NCBI GenBank assembly: GCA_951406725.2 | Contig: OX597822.1 | Coordinates: 34,844,001 to 34,908,000 of the forward strand | Direction of reading: 5' to 3' | From: Octopus vulgaris | Lineage: Eukaryota | DNA length: 64,000 bases | Position numbers and translations under genes: made by a program | Part shown: positions 53,234 through 64,000 of the stretch, piece after piece | Numbering within the stretch: the stretch's first letter is position 1 | Layout of the letters: every line of letters begins with the position of its first letter | Notes under the pieces: model-generated | What the model was told of the DNA's origin: nothing | What the model saw: the letters and a program-made list of their open reading frames with translations, nothing else | The model's database searches: none

Positions 53234-54973
53234 GGAGGAGGTAAGTTACTCATGCTGAAAGAAATCATGCCAGCATTTATATTAAACTTCAGATTGTTCG
53301 ACATCAAAAAAAGATCCGAATCGAAATTTTTACCGAAGTAAGCAGTTAATTTATATGGACAGCTTAACAATGATTAAAAGATAACAACAGAATCATCATA
53401 GCCGTCTCCGTCACAATCATCATCATCCTTTCTTACTCATCGTTGTCATTCTCATCACCGTCATCGACAACATCATCACCGTCGCCATCATCACCATTAT
53501 CATAAATGCTGCTATCATCCTCATGGACGACAACACTAATGGCAATAGCAAAATCAGAATCTGCATGGGCCTGCTTGACCAGCTAAAAGTAGTTAGCAAA
53601 TTCCTGTCAAATTCTCCCACATCATACGCCGTTTAAAACAGACCAAAGTGAAACAAGATAAAGCAGTATGCATCCTGGCAACTAAGACCCAACTACCGTT
53701 TGAGATAGCGGCCTGTAATCCAGATTTATTGAATTATCGAGAATTATTGCGGATTCTCTCGCTTTTACTCTTTCAGTTGAATTATCTTTAATGCAAATGA
53801 CATATATCTTTAATAAGATAATATCGGGTTATTGGAATTCATTTATAACTGGTTGCCTTAAGTAATATAGCCAATATTTAAATATATGCTCTTCATGCAC
53901 AATGTGTACTTGAGATGGTAGGATATAAGATTTGGAAAAAAAATTTGGCTGTTTTTTTCCCAGCATGAGTAATAAACGATAAAAAAAAGTTCCGACATTT
54001 TGTATATCAGCGACTACAACCTTCGATGTAACCAACTAATTAAGAAGCCGTATGTTATGACTTACGGGACCCCGTAGTGATTTTCTTGAATGTTGTCATT
54101 TAGTCCCAGCTTTTCTCAACTCGTCTGTACATATTGTAAAATGCGTTCAAACCCTGATCAGCGAATACATTCTCCTACCAGAGTTACCCATTTTTAGGGC
54201 TCTAGATGTGTGATTTGAGGGAGATTTCGTTTTTATGTTTCGCAGGTTCAACCAACCATTGAAAGGACACAGTTCTTGGTTATCATGAAGTTAGCTCATA
54301 AACAGGCTCCTGTGCAGCCTCAAGTTATGCTTGTTTGATCAGTCTTACAATAAATGTGTGACCATGTTACATGATTGTATACCAATGACCACATGACACA
54401 ATTTGCCGTTTCTTGTATAAAACCCAACATTCTGTGAATTGAGAGAAATTTGTCATCCATTTCAACCGTTTCAAGTGACCAGTGAGATAGTAGAAAACAC
54501 ACACACAAATACACACACACACACATACATACATATATATATTACTTGTTTCGGGTGCAAGGAACGAGCCAGGTTGGTAGGTGAAGTTAGGGCAGCTTTA
54601 ACCTTGGAGTCACAGTTATCCGTTACAGCACTTACCTAGCGTACCTAATCGTTTAGATGACCTGTGAACTAAACCCCATACTTTGCATGTATATATATAT
54701 ATGTGTGTGTGTGTGTATGTATGTATGCATATATATATCCACGTGTAGATAGTGACAAAAGAGACACTTAGAGCTATTAAATAGCATATACGCACAAACA
54801 CACTTATGTATGTATGTGCGTGTATGTGTGTGTGTGTGTGGGGGAGAATACGGGTGGCATACATTTTTGCAAGGAAAGTACATTATCTTCGTTCTTAATA
54901 CAAACGTACAAGAAATGGATATCTATTTATCTACATAACTACGTATCTATATATCTATCTATCTATCTATCTA

Positions 54974-55016
<43 letters not shown>

Positions 55017-55021
<5 letters not shown>

Positions 55022-55154
55022 AGATAAGAAAATGGAGAAATACATCTAAAACCCTACAGTCTCTTATGTGGTGGTTTAATAAAGTATGTGATTGAGTATT
55101 ATCTGGTAATTGATATTTGATTTAGATGTATTTCTCCATTTTCTTATCTTGTAT
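55017..55154. repeat. 34-bp perfect inverted repeat abutting (TA)n
   Basis: Arms at 55017-55050 and 55121-55154. Confidence 0.85.
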
Positions 55155-55323
55155 TAGTAATTTGTGGTAAATCATTTTACCTTTGCCCATATAATACAGT
55201 AAATGAATTGATTGCATCGCAATCATTAACATTTATGTATTAACTTTGTTGGGTACTTCACTAGCAGTATTTTGGATATATATTATCCCATGGAGGGTTG
55301 CATTTACAAGCCCTATCTCAATT

Positions 55324-55368
<45 letters not shown>

Positions 55369-56136
55369 CCCTCCCTCTGTCGGTTTGCCCCGCTCTCTGT
55401 GTCTCTGTCTTTCTCTTCGTACGTCTATCTCTTTTTCTTCTCCCTGAAACTCATTCTTTTTACGATAAACGTGATGTCCCTGTTGCATTGGGTTTCTTCT
55501 TTTTCATCTCTGCTGTCATTGTCTTTGCTATTGCTGACTGTCAACTTCAACGACTTGCGTGTATGTATATGCGTGCATATATGAGCGTATTTGTGTGTGT
55601 TTGTGTGCGCCTGTGTGTGTTTGTGTGTGCGTAGATGCAGATATAGTAGAGTTGCTATCAATGTCGACCAACATCGTAAAAGCGAAGTCCCATGAGAGAA
55701 AAACTACATTCTGTAATCGAGTCTGAAAGGATACAAATTAGAAAAATAGTAACATAAATTGATCCTAGTATCAGCATTTCTTTCTGTCTTCCTTTGTAAT
55801 TAATATCACATAAATTGATCGCTGTGAGTTGGTAGTGGTGCGTGCTTGTATATCACGCATCATTTTTTAAAAATTATACATATATATATATTAAATAGAG
55901 ACATTGTTTGTTAAACACTTATGTCCCTGTGACGCAGCCGTCTAGCTGATTGCGCTGTTAAAGGAAAGTTTGCTGGCTAAAACCCAGGCAGTGAGCTGGT
56001 ATAATCGTTAGCGTGTCGATCACAATGCTAAGCAACTTTTCTTTTCGTTTTGTTCGAATTCCGCCGAAATCGACTTTGCGTTTCGGCGTACACGGCTTGG
56101 CAATATATTTACCAGCTGAACATTGCAATTGATACA

Positions 56137-56737
56137 TATTTCTTTACTACCCACAAGGGGCTAAACACAGAGAGGACAAACAAGGACAATCAAACGGATT
56201 AAATCGATTACATCAATCCCAGTGCGTTACTGGTACTTAATTTATCGACCCCGAAAGGATGAAAGGCAAAGTCGACCTCGGCGGAATTTGAACTCAGAAC
56301 GTAGCGGTAGACGAAATACCTATTTCTTTACTACCCACAAGGGTCTAAAAACAGAGAGGACAAACAAGGACAGACAAACGGATTAAGTCGATTATATCGA
56401 CCCCAGTGCGTTACTGGTACTTATTTAATCGACCCCGAAAAGATGAAAGGCAAAGTCGACCTCGGCGGAATTTGAACTCAGAACGTAGCGGTAGGCGAAG
56501 TACCTATTTGTTTACTACCCACAAGGGGCTAAACACAGAGAGGACAAACAAGGACAGACAAACGGATTAAGTCGATTATATCGACCCCAGTGCGTAACTG
56601 GTACTTAATTTATCGACCTCGAAAGGATGAAAGGCAAAGTCGACCTCGGCGGAATTTGAACTCAGAACGTAGCGGTAGACGAAATACGGCTACGCATATC
56701 GCCCGGTGTGGTAACGTTTCTGCCAGCTCGGCGTCTT
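56137..56737 (-). mobile_element. SINE family A tandem trimer with TSD, nested in an older family A copy
   Basis: Three ~183-bp units plus head; TTGATACA at 56129-56136 and 56740-56747. Confidence 0.92.
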
Positions 56738-57034
56738 TTTTGATACAATCGAACTCACCCCGCACTTGAAAGTGTTGAATTTGCACCAGAATTTGAAATT
56801 GTGTCTCTTCGCAGACTGACTATTATATAAATCTGTTCAAAGAGTAATGAAATGTATTTCAGGATTTGTGTCAATCACGGACTATATTATTTGTTTTTAA
56901 GACACTATGTGGTTTTTCTGTAGATTTTGCTGCTACTTCTAGAAGACCGAACGAGTGTTTGCAGACTGATATATTCACACAAACAACACACAGGCAAAAA
57001 CCTACATATATGCAACACGTACACAAGCATATAT

Positions 57035-57533
<499 letters not shown>

Positions 57534-58190
57534 GAATCAGTCAGTTTACTCAGCTGTAAATCGGTAACCATGTGACGGACTAGACTTCTGATCAAGAGAA
57601 ATATTGGCTTGTTCGTCTAACCAACAAGGTTGACATCATTAAAAAGTTCAAACGATACGAACCGCATTGTGATCAGTCATGTATAACAACACTGACAGTC
57701 TTATCGATCACGTATTGTATATAAGTACATATAAAATATATAAATATATATTATAAATGTATATATAAAGAGAAAACATTTTAAGAAATACATTTTATCA
57801 TGGCAATATTAAAATGTATATAAGGATTGTATCTCTGTAGACCAAGATTATCTTTCTATTTGTCCCTATCACTACCTAAATAAATACGTAATCTATATAA
57901 CTACCTATTTATCATCTCTGCCTTTTTCTCCTCCAGAGAAATTACGTACGGACTGTTTTACTGAATGAAACAAACTGTTTTTTTTTTTTACATTATCGTC
58001 GAGGCTGCTCTTATACCTTAACATAGATTCTCTCCGGTGATATTTTATCTATCCTTTATTTCTGGAACATCTAGATGTAGTTGGTGTACTGTAAACAGCG
58101 TTGTAGAGCGTGAAGATTAGAGTTGTATTTGAGACAAGGAAGAATGGTAGCTATTTGTATACTGGAAATTTATATATACATATATATATA

Positions 58191-58523
58191 CTAGCAGTAT
58201 TGCCCGGCTTTTTACTTTTATTTTTCATGCAATTTACGCATGCTTGCACGCGTGGTGAACACAGTTCACGTCAAACAGCTGACTGAGTAAAGTTCACTAT
58301 TCAATGCATGGGATAAGGCCTAAACAAACACATTAACGATTTTTGCACTTGCGCGATGAATTTCGGAACAGAAATAGTGCAGTTCAATTTTCATTCGCAT
58401 AAACTTTAAGTGACCCATTTTTGGTGGTTCTACGATTTGTTGGCTAGGAGGAGATGTGCCGGGAAGTTAAACACACAGACACACATACAGATACACACAC
58501 AAGTTGAATTTTATATATATAGA
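58191..58523 (-). mobile_element. Non-autonomous Helitron
   Basis: A|CTAGCAGTATTGCCCGGC at the left end; TTTTATATATATAGA|T at the right end. Confidence 0.75.
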
Positions 58524-59445
58524 TATCAAGAGAGCAATAGAGAGGGAGAGATGGATGGATGGATGCATTCATACATTATAGTTGTATGTTTCCGTGCAGA
58601 TTCAGCCTTGATTGTAAAAACGGAATCCTACGAGGATAAAGTTATATTTTTATAGACTGGTCTTAAAAGCTGTCACTTGAGATATTTTCATGAATATATG
58701 GACGCATCATTTTTGTGCTATAAGCTACACACAAATACATTGATTGAAATACGTCGCTTTAAAATTTCGTTTACAATTTCCTCACATCAATTTTTTAATG
58801 CGTTTGGGCGGAAGTGACAATACAATTCTGCTCCTGCGCTCTAAAAGTACACAATCAGTCATATGTTGCAAGTAGTCCTATCCTTATATATCATCTGCTA
58901 CACGTGGGTAATTTTATCGATTTTGATGAAACTTGACACATGAGTAGAACTCATGGCTGTAAACCTCATGACATACTCATATTGTTAAAGAAAATCGATA
59001 ATAGGGCCCCTGGAATGGATACTTGTATATATCTAATATATTTTATTTTAAAAACCAAGGGAAATCATACATTCGATCCAGCAAGGGATCCTTATATATC
59101 ATTTTCCTAAATTATTGCAGTGTATCCAGTGCAAATCTTAAACAAGTAAATAGGATTTTCCTAATCAATAGATCCACTTATTTCGGTTAGTGACTTATTC
59201 AGGAATATACTAACACTAGCGCCCCTGAGGGTAATATTCTCTGTGAACGCACAAAAGCACTTTTCAGAGTTATTTACTTTGAATTGTTATTATCTCATAT
59301 CTAATTTTTCTGTTATTACGTAATATGCTTCACGATTTTTAGTATCTCCCCTATGTCCTATATACTCTTGGAACACATTAAAGCCCATTTCGGGGCTACT
59401 TTATTTGAGTTCTTTCTATCGAGTAACTAATTTGATGCTATTATA

Positions 59446-60590
59446 GAAGTCAGGTGGTAGTAACCAATGGGGCCACTTCCATTAACACGCAAATAGTGAG
59501 CGGTGTTCCGCAGGGCACTGTTTTGGGACCACTACTGTTCATAATGGCCCTCTCAGACATGCCCTCAGCCACGCAGAGAGCCACGATCACAAGTTATGCA
59601 GATGATACAAAAGTTTCACAGGCAATACAGAACCCTGAAGACACTAAGCACCTGCAATGTGAGCTGGACAAAATATACAAGTGGGCTGAAAAGAATAGCA
59701 TGCAGTTCAATACTGAAAAGTTTCAAGCTTTATGCTATCAGCATGCAAAACTAAATGCAATACCCAATAAATACACTAGACCTGGAGGGATTGCAATCCT
59801 AGAGGCACAATCAGTGCGAGACCTAGGTATTTACATGAGTGATGATGCAACCTTTCATGTGCATGTTGCTAAATTGGCAATGAAATGTAGGCGGCTGGCC
59901 GGATGGATTCTTAGAACCTTTAGAACAAGAGACCAGGAAATCATGATGGTCCTCGGGAGGACACTTGTCCTAAGCCACTTTGACTATTGCTCTTAGCTAT
60001 GGTCACCATCCAGTGTCAACTTAATCACAGAACTTGAGGCGATCCAACGAAGCTACACGAAGAAGATAGCCTCTGTGCAGCATATAAGCTACTGGGAAAG
60101 ACTCAAGAGACTAAGAGTCTATTCCTTAGAGCGTAGACGAGAAAGATATGCCATAATATATATCTGGAAGATCCTAGAAGGACTTGTCCCAAACTTTGGC
60201 ATCGATAGTTACACAAATGCCAGAACTGGGCGCTACTACATAGTGCCAATGACTCCAAATTTGCCATCAAGATGTAGGACAAGGTACTGTGATAGTCTGG
60301 GCTTCAGAGGCCCACAGCTCTTCAATATCCTCCCGAAGAACCTGAGAGACCTGCAGGGGGTGGATGCAGATGTCTTTAAAATAAAACTGGATCTCTTCTT
60401 GTCAGGTGTCCCAGATGAACCAACTTCACGGCAGGAGGTACAGATGAGGGCAGCTGTATCGAACTATCTCATGCACCAATTGGCAATTGCTAAAAAGCAT
60501 TCGTGAAGTAAAATCATGTAGCAACACCAAATGGCGGTGCCCCAGCATGGCCACAGCTCGTGAGCTGAAACTAGATAAAGATAAAGATAT
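59446..60590 (+). mobile_element. 5'-truncated LINE related to 3122-6655
   Basis: GVPQGTVLGPLLF, SYADDTKV, LERRRERYAIIYIWKILEGLVPN; in-frame TAG at 59994; same 3' hairpin; (GATAAA)n tail. Confidence 0.93.
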
Positions 60591-60782
60591 ATAACAGACT
60601 TCACAATTTAGGTATTCAAAACTTATTGGGAATTCCTAAAAGCAAGATCCTGCGTAAGACAGTTCGGTATTTTCTGGAAATGTACAAAAACCGTTTTAAA
60701 AGCTACATACTTTGAATTCTTGATATTGGAGTATCGAAACCCCGCTTTCTCAGGAATTACCGGGTGCGTCACCTACTTTTAA

Positions 60783-60854
<72 letters not shown>

Positions 60855-61062
60855 ATATGTATACAGAGTTAGTGAGAGATAGAGAGAGAAAGAAAGAGAG
60901 AGAGAGAGAGACTGGCGACGGAGGACAGTTACAGGGTCTTTAGAGTCTAGGCATATCGACACGTAGGACGCCATGAATGACTGGGTACTTTCTAGTGACC
61001 TCATAGTAGAGTAAGACAAATCGTAGTTGTAATTTATTCGTCGTATACTCCGTCTCCCTCTC

Positions 61063-61116
<54 letters not shown>

Positions 61117-61128
61117 CCTTTATTCTGT

Positions 61129-61234
61129 TACTTGTTTCAATCATTTGACTGCCGCCATGCTGGGGCACCGCCTTTAGTCGAACAAATCGACCCCAGGACT
61201 TATTCTAGCGATGGTGGGAGCAGAAACACAACAC

Positions 61235-61238
<4 letters not shown>
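61129..61238 (-). mobile_element. SINE family B 3' fragment (internally deleted)
   Basis: TACTTGTTTCAATCATTTGACTGCCGCCATGCTGGGGCACCGCC. Confidence 0.8.
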
Positions 61239-61286
<48 letters not shown>

Positions 61287-61287
61287 T

Positions 61288-61417
61288 TCTGTAAATGTAA
61301 TATGGGACAATTATTCGGTAGCCATGATAAAACCCCGAGTTTCGGATGCCGAGGTGGAAATCCACGCCGCCATTTCTTTATGGCTACCGAATAACTGTCA
61401 CATATTACATTTACAGA
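61288..61417. mobile_element. Small foldback abutting (TA)n
   Basis: 38-bp arms at 61288-61325 and 61380-61417 (2 mismatches); loop has a degenerate minus-strand hammerhead-like stem II plus GAAAC. Confidence 0.7.
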
Positions 61418-61567
61418 TATATTCCTCTATTTGCATACTATCGTGGTCACTTTCTTTCTTTTGTTATCTTACCGTTTTTATCAATATGTATATATGTGTA
61501 TGTATTATGTATGTATATATGTATGTACGTAGGTATATGTGTATATAAATATATGTATAGAATAAAT

Positions 61568-62046
61568 GTTTTGAATGGCACAACAATGCACTATAATACA
61601 AACAGCGGATTATAATAACTGTTGTTTATTTAATCCTCCATAGTTTGATATGATATTTCGGAATAACAATTCCTTCTTCAGCTATCCCTAAGAATTGATG
61701 TAGTCGCTGCTATAATCGGTTTCCCAACGGCTTTTTATTTTTATATGTATGTGAGTGCATGTGTATATGTGAGTACACTGATTTATTCATACATGTGTAC
61801 GTGTCTAATGTTGACCAAAAATATGTGAGCGTATTTACTCTGCATACTTATGCATAAAAACATTAAGATACAAAAAAACATAAAAAGAAGCCGTTGCAAA
61901 ATCGATTATAGCAGCGACTCCATCAATTCTTAGAGATACCTGAAGAACGAATTTTTTCTCAGAAATATAGACTATGGATGATTAAATTACACCAGTTATT
62001 GTAGTCCAATATTTGTGTTATAGTGCTTTGTTGTGTCATTCAAAAT
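61568..62046. mobile_element. Diverged foldback with a hammerhead core in each arm
   Basis: Arms at ~61568-61750 and ~61878-62046; minus strand CTGAAGA AGGAAT-TGTT-ATTCC GAAA (61681-61656); plus strand CTGAAGA...GAAA (61940-61965). Confidence 0.72.
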
Positions 62047-62099
62047 ATTTTATTCTTTACAAACAATTACACAATGCTTCAAGCGAACTACAATACTCT

Positions 62100-62224
62100 C
62101 ATATATATATATATGTATATATGTATATATATATGTATATATATATATATATATATACATATATATACATATATATATGTATATATATATATATACATAT
62201 ATATACATATACATATATATATAT

Positions 62225-62265
<41 letters not shown>

Positions 62266-62276
62266 TACACATATAT

Positions 62277-62317
<41 letters not shown>

Positions 62318-62339
62318 ATAACAAGTGTACGTACGCCGC

Positions 62340-62373
<34 letters not shown>

Positions 62374-62375
62374 AT
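62100..62375. repeat. (TA)n compound microsatellite
   Basis: Directly visible. Confidence 0.95.
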
Positions 62376-63119
62376 AAAATACAAAATGGGACAAGAACGC
62401 AAAACATCCGGACAACTAGGTGATACAAAATGGGACAACAAAACATCCAGATAGACGATAACCGGATCATCCTCGCAATTTCGGCTGATTAATCTTGAGA
62501 TTGCGCCAATCTGACCAGCCCCGAGGAGAAACAAAGCTAAGAGCATTAGATTCCTTGGAAAAAAAAGCATCGAATGTATACGAAACATGGACGGAAAAAC
62601 GGACGATGTTATACGAATATAAATACAAAAATACTACAAAAAAGAAAAAATAATAACAGGATATAACGCCTGTTGTTATGTCCTGTTATTATTGTGATTA
62701 TCATTATTATTATTAATAATATTATTAACAGTACAATCAGTCTTGTTTGACTTTCACTTACGGTAAGTCTCTTGTTATATAATATTAGCATTCTTATTTT
62801 TGTATTCAAAATTTTAAAACTTTTTTGAAATTTTTACAATTATTTCCATACTATCAGCTGCTACACTTCGCTTTAATAAACTAGTTTCTGGGATACGGTT
62901 AAATTTCTGCTTTTAAAATGCTTTCTTATCAGCACTGTGAATTGACTTGTTAACAGCGACAGATTTTCTCCATGATAAAATACAGTGAATGACTTTCTTA
63001 CAGTTTCTTAGTTTGGTTACCAATTTGAATATACCTTGGGCATATCTGAATTGTTAGCAAGTTAGTATAAAATATTTGATATTTACAGCCCCGAACCCAC
63101 TTTCATATAACGATACATA

Positions 63120-63178
<59 letters not shown>

Positions 63179-64000
63179 CAGACGTGAAAGTAAAATTCAA
63201 ATAATATAGCTGTGAAAACAGCAGGAAGATTGAGTATTTTACACTTATAAAACGGAAAAGAAGTTGCCAGCAGACAGCTACGGGAATCAAAAACGTACCC
63301 CTGAGATACAGGTCGAGTACTCTACCATTGTGCTAAACGGTTCGCTGATAAAAAGCTACCGTGAATTTTAACGCTAAAGAATAGATTTTCGAGTGCAACA
63401 TTTTATAAAGTAACCTTGGAAGCGTCAAATGTGCCTGGTATTTTACACACACACGCACACACACATTTATATCTAGTACGACCAAAACATGTGTCGTGTT
63501 GTCACCATAGATCTCTGTTTCGAACTCGTCTGCCTGCAGTTTCAGTCATTTTATTTTAACCAGTTTAAAATATCAAAAAGTTTCTGTATCAAGTATCGAA
63601 GTTTGACGATTCTTTATGCAGAAACATACCCCAAGGAATATTTTTACTGCTATTATTATAATTTTCCTAATCACTGAAATTATTTCTACGCAAAATAATA
63701 TACTTATTAATCGTTCTAAACTTTGGCACCTAACTAAGACAGGGCTACAATTTGAGATACAGGCCTATAATTCAGACTTATTGAATTATCGTGGATTTTC
63801 CCATTCTTCCTTTTTCTATTGAATTGTCTTTAATGCAAATGACATTTATTCTTATTATGAATAAAATATCGGCTTATTGGGATTTATTTGTAACTCGCTG
63901 CCTTGAGTAATGTAGCCAATATTTAACTATATGCTCTTCCTGCTAAATATGTACTTGGGAAATTTTCCAATGTCATTATTTCAATTCGCCTAATCAATGA

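Overview
Repeat-saturated, AT-rich eukaryotic DNA, most likely intronic or intergenic. The (TA)n/(TACA)n/(GATA)n microsatellites and the SINE repertoire suggest an octopus or other cephalopod; this is inference from recognition, not a database result. No intact protein-coding gene can be shown. Nearly all listed ORFs are microsatellite translations, and only weak candidate plus-strand host exons occur, at about 24.3-34.6 kb. Recognisable mobile elements: a near full-length disabled CR1/L2-group LINE (3122-6655) and a 5'-truncated relative (59446-60590), a CR1 3' fragment, a Penelope-like (PLE) endonuclease-region fragment, a fragmented mariner transposase, a mariner-type MITE, a probable solo LTR, several non-autonomous Helitrons and at least three tRNA-derived SINE families, one forming TSD-flanked concatemers. 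The main unexpected signal is a set of short, mutually dissimilar non-coding elements inserted in (TA)n tracts. Most are foldbacks (long inverted repeats) and carry minimal type I hammerhead ribozymes (CUGANGA...GAAA, often with a palindromic stem III), some on both strands. One element joins a Pol III tRNA-type head to a hammerhead. These look like a PLE-dependent, microsatellite-targeted, ribozyme-bearing (retrozyme-like) system. A second clear signal is a SINE/LINE shared 3' stem-loop with compensatory base changes.
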